Below, in pieces: positions 13,515 to 22,166 of a stretch of 30,324 nucleotides of DNA. Location: positions 1-30,324 of IMG/VR virus record IMGVR_UViG_3300045988_066580; one strand, given 5' to 3'. Each line of letters starts with the position of its first letter. The first letter of the stretch is position 1. Under the pieces are notes generated by a model. The model saw only the letters and a program-made list of their open reading frames with translations, searched no databases and was not told where the DNA came from. Made by a program: the position numbers and the translations under genes. This DNA is from a virus.

Positions 13515-15910
13515 GCCCTCCGCATATCACGCTTCTGCAAACGGTGCAATTCCTGAGCGATAAGACGAATATCATTATCCGAACGCACCTGCATACTCTG
13601 AATAACAATACTAGTCTGCGGAATCGTGGACGTGACACCACTAGCAGACTTGTCAAACACCGGCAGTGAGCCAGTAGCAGTAGTCGGCACCTTAACCGCG
13701 TCCACCATATCCAAACTCAACGAGTCCAACGAGTCCATCAAACCACTAGTATTAGCCTTGATACCCATCTCAATACCGGACGGAATATACTTGCCAACCT
13801 CTTCGGCCATGACACGAGACGGAGAATGAATACCCAACGCCTGCTTAGCCCAATTGACAATTTTGCCACCGAACCCGAGAATATTATTCTTCACCCAATT
13901 AAACATGTCACTGATACCATTCCACAGGCCTCGAACGATATTCCCTCCAGCATCCTTAAGCCAGTTCACCGCGCCATTGAAACAATCCCTGATTTTGCCG
14001 GGGATACCCTTGATGAAGTCAACTGCATCATTGAATCTGTTCACGATAGCGTCCTTGGCTTCCTGGAATTTGCTTCCGAACCATGCGCCAATATCATTGA
14101 AGAAACCCTTGATTCTGCCGGGGATACCGCTGAACCAATCTGTGACGGCATTCCACGCGTTTTGGATGTTCGTCCCGGCGTCGGTGAAAAACTTGGTGAT
14201 ACTATCCCAAATGTTTTGGAAGAAGTCGCAAAGTTTTTGCCACAAGTCTTGCATGGTCTTGCAGAAGTCCTGCCAGGCTTGTTTACCCGCGTCAGTCTGC
14301 GTGAAAAAGTAAACCAAACCAGCTATAAGCGCCGCCAGCAGGGTGATGACCAATATAATCGGATTAGCCGCCATAGCCGCGTTAAACAGCCATTGCGCTA
14401 CCGTAGCGGCAGTCTCCGCAATACTGAACGACTTAAGAAAAGCGACCACGCTACTGATGATTTGCGCGGTCTTGAACACGGCAAAACCGGAGCCGATGCC
14501 AACAAGGGTTGAAACAATCCACGTACTATTCGCACTAAACCAGTCGGAAAATGCTTTCAGAAGGTCAAGCGCTGGCTGGATTGAATTGCCAATCACGGTG
14601 AACACGCCACCAATGGTAGTGCCAAGATTCCCCAAAATATTGGCTAGTCCGCTCCAATCGGTATTGTTCACGAAGGCGGTAAACTTCTGCGTCATATCGG
14701 TCAATCCAGATAGGAATTCTTTCACAAATGGTGTGAAAGCGTCACCCAGTGTACCGGCCATAGTGCGTTTGAACGCTTCCCACTGTTGACCGATGCCCAT
14801 AGTGCTTTCTGCCGCCTCATCGGTCGCGCCCTTAATATTCTCATAAGAATTCGGAACGTTGCCGAGAGCTTCAATCATGCCAAGAGCGTTATCCTCGCCA
14901 AGACTAGACCAAAGCGTTGACGCTAGACTGGCTTCCTTGGTCTTGTCGGTCATGGTGCCCATCTCACCAATGACCGCATTTAACACGTCTTCCGCAGTGG
15001 CCTTCCCGGCCTTGAAACTGTTGAAAACGTCCTGAGTGCCCTTCGAGAACTCTCCAATACTCTGCTCTATACGCCCGTCCGTAAGTGAGGTCAGGAATTC
15101 GTTCAGGAAGTCGCCCACCTTGTCAAGCTGATAAGCACCGGAATCTACACCGGCCTGCAACAAGCTGAAGTACTCTTGCGCGCTGGTTCCTGCTTCAGCC
15201 CAACGGCCAGAATACTCGGACAGGTTGTCCGCGAGTTCGTCGGTATAGTTCAACCCGTTTTGCATACCCTTGGTCATAAGGTCGGTGGCATCCTGCGCAC
15301 TCAAACCGAACTTCTCCATAAGGACTTTCACGCCACGCACGGATTCGCCAGCGTCCGCGTCGAACGTTTGCGCCCACACTTCCGTTGCCTTGGTGACAGT
15401 GTTCAAGTCACCCTCACCAATGCCACGAATCACAGAACTGACATTAGACGCGACATTAGCCACGTCCTCCAAGCTTTCGCCCCAGCCTTGCCGGTAGAGT
15501 TCGCCCGCTACCTTGCCAGCATTCTGTGCGGCCACACTACCCTTACCCAACTGGGCTTCCAAAGTGCCTTGCACATCAATCTGACTAATAGCCGTGTCAA
15601 TACCAGTCTTGAACACGCCACCAACAGCGGCAAGAGCGCCACCAATACTCGCGACTTTAACAAGCTTGCTAGGCAGACTCAACCCTAACCCGTCCGCCAG
15701 TTCACTAATACCGTCGAACGTTTTACCGAAAGCGTCCTTAATACTCGGCGCATTCTTGCCACCATTCTTGCCAACGTCTTCGGTGGCCTTGTCCGCCTGC
15801 TCCGCTGACTCTTTAATATCGTCAGTGGCGTTCTGGATATTCTTAACGCCCTTCTCATAGCCGCTAGTGTCTATAACGGCATCGAAACGAATCTCACCCG
15901 CTTGCGCCAT
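13511..15910 (-). CDS. Tape measure protein
   Basis: 799 aa, Ala/Gly/Leu-rich with central hydrophobic segments. Longest gene, in the canonical position after the chaperones. Confidence 0.85.
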   Translation of the reverse strand: MAQAGEIRFDAVIDTSGYEKGVKNIQNATDDIKESAEQADKATEDVGKNGGKNAPSIKDAFGKTFDGISELADGLGLSLPSKLVKVASIGGALAAVGGVFKTGIDTAISQIDVQGTLEAQLGKGSVAAQNAGKVAGELYRQGWGESLEDVANVASNVSSVIRGIGEGDLNTVTKATEVWAQTFDADAGESVRGVKVLMEKFGLSAQDATDLMTKGMQNGLNYTDELADNLSEYSGRWAEAGTSAQEYFSLLQAGVDSGAYQLDKVGDFLNEFLTSLTDGRIEQSIGEFSKGTQDVFNSFKAGKATAEDVLNAVIGEMGTMTDKTKEASLASTLWSSLGEDNALGMIEALGNVPNSYENIKGATDEAAESTMGIGQQWEAFKRTMAGTLGDAFTPFVKEFLSGLTDMTQKFTAFVNNTDWSGLANILGNLGTTIGGVFTVIGNSIQPALDLLKAFSDWFSANSTWIVSTLVGIGSGFAVFKTAQIISSVVAFLKSFSIAETAATVAQWLFNAAMAANPIILVITLLAALIAGLVYFFTQTDAGKQAWQDFCKTMQDLWQKLCDFFQNIWDSITKFFTDAGTNIQNAWNAVTDWFSGIPGRIKGFFNDIGAWFGSKFQEAKDAIVNRFNDAVDFIKGIPGKIRDCFNGAVNWLKDAGGNIVRGLWNGISDMFNWVKNNILGFGGKIVNWAKQALGIHSPSRVMAEEVGKYIPSGIEMGIKANTSGLMDSLDSLSLDMVDAVKVPTTATGSLPVFDKSASGVTSTIPQTSIVIQSMQVRSDNDIRLIAQELHRLQKRDMRRA

Positions 15911-15911
15911 G

Positions 15912-16259
15912 TCACATCCCCCGTTCCAATTGCTTCACGTATTGTCTCAACACTTTGTCTCCCTTTTTCGCTTGCGCCGCACCAACCGCAACATACATAT
16001 CATTAACATGTAGTATGCGGTCACGGATAGCAAGACTACGGCCAGCATTCAACAAGGCTATGAAAGTCTCGTAACTCACTTCGTCCGCCATCACGTCACG
16101 GATAGCCTGCCAGCCATAATATTTGCCGAACTCGGCTAACAGTAGCTCGTCATCACGAAAAAACGCCGAAGCCTTAGCCTTGCTCTCAGCCTCCCGCATG
16201 GCTTTAAGCTTCGCTAACTGCTTCGGCGTGAAATCGTCAATGACCTTATGCACCGTCAT
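15912..16259 (-). CDS. Tail assembly chaperone (second)
   Basis: Position between the first chaperone and the tape measure. It has its own ATG. Confidence 0.5.
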   Translation of the reverse strand: MTVHKVIDDFTPKQLAKLKAMREAESKAKASAFFRDDELLLAEFGKYYGWQAIRDVMADEVSYETFIALLNAGRSLAIRDRILHVNDMYVAVGAAQAKKGDKVLRQYVKQLERGM

Positions 16260-16274
16260 TGACTACCCCCCACT

Positions 16275-16628
16275 TTAGAAATACGTTTTACCGAAAACGA
16301 AACGCATAATCTGACGCATGACCGCCTGATAGGCGAGCGGGTATTTCTGTTCCGCTTCCTCCGCCCACGTTTTAAACTCTTCGGTCGGGGAGACGAGTGG
16401 GATAAGCAGATTACACAAGTCGGTTTGAACCTTCAGAAGTTGCTTACTGCTCATGTCCTGGGCGTTCAATGCTTGAAGGGTTTTCACCTTGTCCATGAAC
16501 TTCAGATACGTGCCAGCGCCCATAGGATTCACGGTGAACACAGTGCCTTCGGGATTATTGGAGGTAATCAGTTTGAAAGTGTGTTCCTCGGTCTGCTCGC
16601 GAGTATCGATAGTGACGATTTCAGACAT
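16275..16628 (-). CDS. Tail assembly chaperone (first)
   Basis: 117-aa acidic protein directly after the major tail protein gene. Confidence 0.5.
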   Translation of the reverse strand: MSEIVTIDTREQTEEHTFKLITSNNPEGTVFTVNPMGAGTYLKFMDKVKTLQALNAQDMSSKQLLKVQTDLCNLLIPLVSPTEEFKTWAEEAEQKYPLAYQAVMRQIMRFVFGKTYF

Positions 16629-16656
16629 GGTTTAGTCTCCTTACTTCTGGAAGGTG

Positions 16657-17208
16657 TCAGCCTTGCGCCACGTCAACATACTTCTGCTGTTCCGGGTCAT
16701 ACTTGGTGCGCTTCGACGGGTCGGAGCAACCGAAGTTAACGTAACCCTTCTCGTCCGGGAGCATGGTAATGTTCAATTCAATCGTCACCGGGTCACTAGT
16801 GCTACCGATGGTGAACTCGCCACCGTTCTGAATCAGTGCGGCCGGGATATACACGTCGTTAGTGGAATCTGCGTCACAAGTATTGTGAATCACGATAGGC
16901 TCGCTAGTGATGGCGGAGCATTCACCCGCACCGAACGTGACCTTGGTGCCTGCCGTGCCCTTAGTAGCAAGAGACGGGAAGATGCGGCCAAGCACTGCCA
17001 TGTTCGGAATGATGAGTGGAATAGTGGCACTAATCTCGCTATAGGTTCCGGTAGGAACACTAATGGTTCCGGCCTGTGACTCCACGTCCACGGTGTTCGG
17101 GGTGAGGGTGATAGTGATGCCATCGGAGCCGACGAGCTCGGGGGCGAATTCTTCCTGGCCGATGTATACGGTTTTCTTGCCGATTAGACTGTAGTCTGTG
17201 GTGGCCAT
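16657..17208 (-). CDS. Major tail protein
   Basis: 183 aa, Thr/Gly/Val-rich and beta-type in composition. Canonical position, with an AGGAG RBS. Confidence 0.6.
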   Translation of the reverse strand: MATTDYSLIGKKTVYIGQEEFAPELVGSDGITITLTPNTVDVESQAGTISVPTGTYSEISATIPLIIPNMAVLGRIFPSLATKGTAGTKVTFGAGECSAITSEPIVIHNTCDADSTNDVYIPAALIQNGGEFTIGSTSDPVTIELNITMLPDEKGYVNFGCSDPSKRTKYDPEQQKYVDVAQG

Positions 17209-17254
17209 ATTGTGTTACTCCTTATTGAGAATGATTATCGTTTTTCCTTGGTTC

Positions 17255-17695
17255 CTAGTTTATCACTTTTACCCCACTTAAGTCTGGGAGTGGGTAGGTG
17301 ATGGTGAAGTGGATGCTTTTCACGTAGTGGCCTTCACTGTCTACCGCGTCTAGGTCTATACTGCTTGCGGGGCTTATGGTGAGTTTGTTGTAGACTATTG
17401 GGCTTTCGGGTTGACAGCTTAGCGTGCATTGGTCTACTAGTTGCGTGTTGATGTATTCCATGAGTTTTAGTAGATATTCGCCTTGTCGGATTACATCGTA
17501 GAAGCGTGTGCTTATGGTGAGTTGGTCAGTGTAATGACCGTTGCCGTTGCTTACGGTGGTTGAGGTTATCCATATGCCATCCTTACTGCTGACTGCGCCC
17601 GTGTCTAATATGGGGCTTTCGTTTACGAAGATGGTTTCCCCGTAAGTGCCGAAGCCGTGTTCTGCTAGGTCTAATGCTACTGCCAGTTCAATCAT
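17255..17695 (-). CDS. Tail terminator / neck protein candidate
   Basis: Position in the head-tail joining block only. Confidence 0.4.
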   Translation of the reverse strand: MIELAVALDLAEHGFGTYGETIFVNESPILDTGAVSSKDGIWITSTTVSNGNGHYTDQLTISTRFYDVIRQGEYLLKLMEYINTQLVDQCTLSCQPESPIVYNKLTISPASSIDLDAVDSEGHYVKSIHFTITYPLPDLSGVKVIN

Positions 17696-18036
17696 TTTAG
17701 TATCCTTTGGAAATAGTTGTCCGCGTGTGCTTGGGCTTTGGCTACTGCCCGGTGTAGGTAGAATCTTGTGCCGGGGTGTCGATGGTTTTCGTATTCTCGT
17801 CGTTTGGCGTATGGGACTCTGCCGCCACCGAAGGCGACATAGCCTTTCATGCCTTGGAGTTTGAAACGGCCCGACTGTTTCAACAGGCCGGGGTGTTTGT
17901 CTTCGGGGGCTTTGCCGATTGGCGCGTTGGTTACTGCATCCTTGTGGATATCGGTGAGCATGTGGGCTAGCCCGTTGCGCATGGCTTGCCGTCCTTGCGC
18001 GTATACGCCTTTATTGATTGTGACGTGGAGACTCAT
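17692..18036 (-). CDS. HK97 gp10-family head-tail joining protein
   Basis: GGGRVPYAKRREYENHRHPGTRFYLHRA resembles the HK97 gp10 pattern (..vpYa..vE.G......pfl.pA). Confidence 0.55.
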   Translation of the reverse strand: MSLHVTINKGVYAQGRQAMRNGLAHMLTDIHKDAVTNAPIGKAPEDKHPGLLKQSGRFKLQGMKGYVAFGGGRVPYAKRREYENHRHPGTRFYLHRAVAKAQAHADNYFQRILK

Positions 18037-18410
18037 AGTGTGCTCCTCCCGTAGGGTTGAGCGTAGACGGTGATGAAACGTGTTTCCCCGGTGGTCATGT
18101 CGTCACCTTGGCTTGCTTGAGTGATTTTGAACGCTCGGTTTTTGGTTTTGACTATCAGGTCTAATAGCATGTCGGGGTCGCGTAGGTCTGCGGGTATGTC
18201 TTCGGCTCTTAGGTGGAATCGGCGTGTGGCGATACGTACACCGTAATCTCCGAAAGCGTCGGAGTTGGTTGAACGCTTGATTATCGCGTGTACATCCGCT
18301 AGCTTCTTGTTGTTTCGTTCACTGCTCGCATACTTCCAGAGTTCGACGGTTTCGATTTGCTCGGGGAATAGCTCGAAGGGGTCACACGTCAAGTCCGTCA
18401 CCGTCCCCAA
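18033..18410 (-). CDS. Head closure / head-tail adaptor candidate
   Basis: Position only. Confidence 0.4.
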   Translation of the reverse strand: MGTVTDLTCDPFELFPEQIETVELWKYASSERNNKKLADVHAIIKRSTNSDAFGDYGVRIATRRFHLRAEDIPADLRDPDMLLDLIVKTKNRAFKITQASQGDDMTTGETRFITVYAQPYGRSTL

Positions 18411-19026
18411 TCCAATACGGCACTACTGGCAGTGTGTTGGGTGTTGCGATACCTCCGACGCCTAACGGCTTATCGCAGAGACTCCACATGTTAATGACAC
18501 TTAGATATGGTTGGATTGCTTGAGTGAGCGTGTCGGTGGCAGTGTCGCGTTGATAGGATACGCTAACGTCTTCGATGCTCTTGCTAGTGATAATGTCACT
18601 TTCGTCTGCATGGCGTTGCATTGCACTGGCCATGCCTGACAACACAGATTGCAGACTAGCCGGGAGGGTATCGAACCCGTATGCTCCTGTGACGGTTACG
18701 ACGGTGCCCGGCTCTACCTTGGTGTCGAGTGTGAGCGTATTGCCGTACATTTGTTCGACTTGGCCGGTTTCGTAATCCATATCGCCCACAGTTGGATTGA
18801 ATGTGAATGCGGACACCGTTGTACCGTTAATTCTTACGAATGCGACTGCCTTATACCATGCGCCCAAGTCAACAGTATGGCCATCCTCTCCAACGATGGC
18901 CGATTGCTCACCAGTGGATTGTGCCACCATTGCGCCACATAAGAGTTTCTGCAATGCGGGCAGTATAGTCGGCAACCATTTACGCGCATTCTCCCCGCCA
19001 ATATTATCAATCGGGATAAAAGACAC
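18382..19026 (-). CDS. Head-tail connector candidate
   Basis: Position only: first gene after the capsid block. Confidence 0.4.
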   Translation of the reverse strand: MSFIPIDNIGGENARKWLPTILPALQKLLCGAMVAQSTGEQSAIVGEDGHTVDLGAWYKAVAFVRINGTTVSAFTFNPTVGDMDYETGQVEQMYGNTLTLDTKVEPGTVVTVTGAYGFDTLPASLQSVLSGMASAMQRHADESDIITSKSIEDVSVSYQRDTATDTLTQAIQPYLSVINMWSLCDKPLGVGGIATPNTLPVVPYWIGDGDGLDV

Positions 19027-19049
19027 TTTGTTTCCTTCCGAAATAGAAA

Positions 19050-19075
19050 AGGGGTACCACTATTGTGATACCCCT
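19050..19075 (-). terminator. Candidate terminator after the capsid block (- strand)
   Basis: On the - strand, AGGGGTA-12 nt-TACCCCT is followed by TTTCTATTT. Confidence 0.45.
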
Positions 19076-19088
19076 ATTCTACCGTCTG

Positions 19089-19313
19089 CTATTCCTCAGC
19101 TACAGCGTTCAAAATCTCGTTAACCTTAGCAGTGACAGTAGCTAGATTTGCGTCACTTGCAAGTGAGGTAATTGCGCGGAGCTTGGTCAAAGCGGTTTCA
19201 CCACTTGTCCCAATATCGATGTGTTTGCCGGTCTCGTCCACGAAGCTTACTTCGGTAACATGTTGATTCTTCGGAGCGTCCCCGTCCGCGAGATGTGCGT
19301 AAATATTAGTCAT
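19089..19313 (-). CDS. Hypothetical 74-aa protein (possible head decoration or accessory)
   Basis: ORF track. Sits between two hairpins directly downstream of the capsid gene. Confidence 0.5.
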   Translation of the reverse strand: MTNIYAHLADGDAPKNQHVTEVSFVDETGKHIDIGTSGETALTKLRAITSLASDANLATVTAKVNEILNAVAEE

Positions 19314-19331
19314 GTCTAATCCTTAAAACAA

Positions 19332-19357
19332 GGGGGTAGAGTCTTAACCCTACCCCC
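19332..19357 (-). terminator. Candidate terminator / attenuator after the capsid gene (- strand)
   Basis: On the - strand, GGGGGTAG-10 nt-CTACCCCC is followed by TTGTTTT. Confidence 0.45.
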
Positions 19358-19368
19358 GTCACTTATCG

Positions 19369-21126
19369 TCAGGCGCCAGCCTTCGGAGTCAGGACACCGG
19401 CACTCTTAACCTTGGTCAGAGCGCCACCGGCGAAAATCTCGCTCAGGTACTCCTGCTCGTTGGTCTTGAGCGCGAAGTTGGTGAACGCGCTGATGGACGT
19501 ATCACCCACCACACCATAGGCTTCCGGAACGATAATCACGGCGCGGGTATTCGCGTCATCCGCATCAGTCCACCAATCCGGGGTGATAACCTTATCGACA
19601 CCGAGGTAGGCGGCGAGGTTGTCGTTGCCGTAGCCGACGAGCGGGCGACCGATACCGTCCGCGGCGGTGATGACGTCAACCTTGGTCTCGGGACTCATGA
19701 CGAGTACCTTGGTGCCGGCGGCTGTAATCTTGGATGCAAGACCGACCACATCGAGCACGAGATTAGCACGAGTACCCTCGGCCGCGCTCAGAACGAAATT
19801 CTTCCCCGCGAACTCGCTGGAAGTGTCCTTAGCATCGGTCTGCACGGAGCGGAAGAAATCAAGGTCGGTATAACCGCCAAGAATAATCTGACGGTCGATA
19901 GCGTGCAGAATGTAGTTCGGCATCTCGGCCAGCAGATACTTCACGAGTGCGCCCGGCTTATCGGTGCGACGAATATCGCCCTTGTTAAGCACTGCATACT
20001 TCACCACGAAATCGGCGGCGAGCTTGCGCTCAACCAGGTTGAACTTCTGGGTCTTCTTGCTGGTGCCATAGTCGGCAACCTTGTAGCCGTGGGCGCGGGT
20101 ATCATCGGTCAGGCCTGCCAGCTGAGCGCCGACGGTGAAGCTGTCAACGTCAAGCTTACGATACAGCGGCCACAGTTCGGAAGCCTTGTTGAGAGCGTCT
20201 TCAATCTCCGTGATAACGCTGGTCGGGACAAGCTTGCCGACACTAGCTTCATCGATGGAAGAGTTGTCGGAATAGGCGTGGCGTGCCAGTTCCTCACGCC
20301 AAGCATTCTTGAAGCCCTGCACTCCCTGGTTATCGGTACGCCACAACGCCTGTTCGTACGCCTTGGTGGCATCCTCGCTCTTCAGCCAGTCCTTCAGCGG
20401 GTCACTGGTCTTGGCGAGAGACTGACGCGCACCCCCCGCACTATTGATGATGATATTGGTTCGACCATTAGCCACGGTACCCTCCTTGCTATTCTCCACG
20501 TCATTGGACTGGTCGGGGGTCTCCGGCCTATCATCCGTGTCATCGGTCTCGGTCAGCCCGTTGATGGCGTCCGTGATCTGGTCGAGCAAAGACTGGGCTT
20601 CATCCTTGGTGAGATTGTTTTTGAGTTCCATAATTTTCCCTTCGATATTGTTTAGACTGCGGAATACGGCCTTACTGTCCGCACCACGATAGACCACGCT
20701 AATCTCAACGAGTTCGGCGTTATGGATTACGCCCTTTTCGTCGGGGTCGGAGTCGAAATCGATTGTGATGCTAAACGAGTTCGTCAGCATTCCCTCGCTT
20801 GCCAACTGTCGCACGTTCCGGCCTTGCTCATTATCGCTTAACCTTGCCTGAGCCATTAGACCATCATCAGAGAGCCAAAGCTTCTCAATGATGCCGACTT
20901 GCGCGGTAATGCTCGGCATGTGGTCGAGCAGTAGCGGCAAGGTCAGATGGTCGGAGTCGGCTAGGTCTGTCACGAGCTTGAGTTGACCATCGTTCACGGG
21001 GGCTTGCAAGGTGTGCAAGTCTACCGTGTAGCCGTTGGTCATGCGCGTCCCGCTGTTTGCGAGGAATGTCAACGTGTGGCCGTCACTGCTGACGTTGCTG
21101 GCGCCGCATGTGAGTGTCTGTTGCAT
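19369..21126 (-). CDS. Prohead protease - scaffold - major capsid protein fusion (HK97 type)
   Basis: The N-terminal ~170 aa have an S78-like protease pattern (LLLDHMPS..VGIIEKLWLSDDGL..GMLTNSFSITIDF). An acidic coiled linker follows, then a ~350-aa capsid-like C-terminus. Confidence 0.75.
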   Translation of the reverse strand: MQQTLTCGASNVSSDGHTLTFLANSGTRMTNGYTVDLHTLQAPVNDGQLKLVTDLADSDHLTLPLLLDHMPSITAQVGIIEKLWLSDDGLMAQARLSDNEQGRNVRQLASEGMLTNSFSITIDFDSDPDEKGVIHNAELVEISVVYRGADSKAVFRSLNNIEGKIMELKNNLTKDEAQSLLDQITDAINGLTETDDTDDRPETPDQSNDVENSKEGTVANGRTNIIINSAGGARQSLAKTSDPLKDWLKSEDATKAYEQALWRTDNQGVQGFKNAWREELARHAYSDNSSIDEASVGKLVPTSVITEIEDALNKASELWPLYRKLDVDSFTVGAQLAGLTDDTRAHGYKVADYGTSKKTQKFNLVERKLAADFVVKYAVLNKGDIRRTDKPGALVKYLLAEMPNYILHAIDRQIILGGYTDLDFFRSVQTDAKDTSSEFAGKNFVLSAAEGTRANLVLDVVGLASKITAAGTKVLVMSPETKVDVITAADGIGRPLVGYGNDNLAAYLGVDKVITPDWWTDADDANTRAVIIVPEAYGVVGDTSISAFTNFALKTNEQEYLSEIFAGGALTKVKSAGVLTPKAGA

Positions 21127-21192
21127 TCGTGTTTCCCTTACGTTTGGAGCGTCCTTACGGGGCTTTATTGCTCTATACTGATTCTAACACTA

Positions 21193-22029
21193 TTAATGAG
21201 AATGATTCTCATTAATTATTGGGCTGAGATTGCCGATTATTTGTTTCTCCCAGTCACTGAGCGGCCATACGGTCACATCCTCCGCGGCCTTCAGTTCCGC
21301 GGCCTTCAGTTCCGCGGCCTTCAGTTCCGCGGCCTTCAGTTCCGCGGCCTTGGCCTCGCTCATCAGATAGCCGCCGCCGTAGATGGCCTTCCTCACCGCC
21401 CTCTGCGAGTCAAGCGCCCGAATGAACGCCACATCCGAAGCCTTGACGCGGAACTCGACCTGCTTGCCAATCTTCCCGAGCCTGCTCACGGTAAGCAGTT
21501 CACGCGGATACGCGTATTTCGGCGGATGCCTGCGTTGCTCTTTCCTGACGCGCTTCACGGTCTCGTCGATCGCGTTGGCCAAGTCCGGCGCGGTGCGGAT
21601 CAGGTCATCACCGAAACTCGTCACGAACGACGTGTTGACCTGCGCGCCGTTCGCGTATTCGATGGTCGAATTCGTGACGATCATGTGCGCCCCATTGCAC
21701 GACGTGCTGGAGAAGATCGTGAGATACGGCGCGAACAGGAAGAACGGAATTTGCTCCGTCCGATAGAACGTGCAGATCTTCGCCAGGATGCTGAACGGCG
21801 GATTATCCACAACCACCGCACCGCCCGAATAGTCGAACCGCTCGTAGTCCCCGCCCGGATAGAACGGGCGCACCACCTTGCTGGGGTCGATACCATATTC
21901 ACTGCATGCCCAGTCCTTTATCGTCTCATACACTTCGGGTGGAGTATAGCAGTCATCCGTGGTCTTCTTCGGCTTGAATTTTTCCACGAATCCGTCATAA
22001 TCGTTAAACGTTGCTTGTCTTGCTTTCAT
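21193..22029 (-). CDS. DNA methyltransferase (DNPPF motif IV; probably N6-adenine) with C-terminal (AAELK)n repeat
   Basis: KKTTDDCYTPPEVY..RPFYPGGDYE..VVVDNPPFS is present. Start ATG 22029 overlaps (ATGA) the stop of the Com-like ORF, so the track extension to 22095 was rejected. Confidence 0.7.
   Translation of the reverse strand: MKARQATFNDYDGFVEKFKPKKTTDDCYTPPEVYETIKDWACSEYGIDPSKVVRPFYPGGDYERFDYSGGAVVVDNPPFSILAKICTFYRTEQIPFFLFAPYLTIFSSTSCNGAHMIVTNSTIEYANGAQVNTSFVTSFGDDLIRTAPDLANAIDETVKRVRKEQRRHPPKYAYPRELLTVSRLGKIGKQVEFRVKASDVAFIRALDSQRAVRKAIYGGGYLMSEAKAAELKAAELKAAELKAAELKAAEDVTVWPLSDWEKQIIGNLSPIINENHSH
21281..21353. repeat. 15-bp in-frame tandem repeat TCCGCGGCCTTCAGT x4 plus a partial fifth copy
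   Basis: Perfect copies at 21281, 21296, 21311 and 21326, with a partial copy at 21341-21353. Encodes KAAEL repeats in the methyltransferase. Confidence 0.95.
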
Positions 22030-22166
22030 TCGTGTACTCTTGTCTGACTCAATAAAACAATATGGTAGAGCATATACGCGCGGCAGTTGGGGCACTTGAG
22101 CATGAGGCGAACACTATGTTCAGTCTCGCCTAGGAAACGTCCGCACTTCTTGCACTTGATTTCCAT
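22026..22166 (-). CDS. Com-like zinc-ribbon protein (46 aa)
   Basis: My translation: MEIKCKKCGRFLGETEHSVRLMLKCPNCRAYMLYHIVLLSQTRVHE. The CxxC-N16-CxxC spacing and context resemble Mu Com. Its ATG directly follows the portal stop, and its stop overlaps the methyltransferase ATG. Confidence 0.6.
   Translation of the reverse strand: MEIKCKKCGRFLGETEHSVRLMLKCPNCRAYMLYHIVLLSQTRVHE

Noticed and set aside
15912-16628. Programmed -1 frameshift between the two tail assembly chaperone ORFs
   Set aside because: The ORFs do not overlap. The first ends in TAA, 15 nt of spacer including a G6 run follows, and the second has its own ATG. No slippery heptamer was seen near the first ORF's end.
19903-22047. 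Long + strand ORFs in the track (19903..20655, 20983..22047) and similar ones elsewhere (8510..9352, 13826..14512, 23100..24008, and 4875..5807 on the - strand)
   Set aside because: They lie antisense to well-supported genes with recognisable motifs (capsid, methyltransferase, lysin, tape measure, portal, exonuclease). They have low-complexity Arg/His/Leu-rich compositions and no RBS. They are shadow ORFs.
21193-22095. N-terminal extension of the methyltransferase (MPQLPRVYALPYCFIESDKSTR)
   Set aside because: It overlaps the Com-like ORF in another frame. The ATGA-coupled ATG at 22029 gives the conserved methyltransferase N-terminus.
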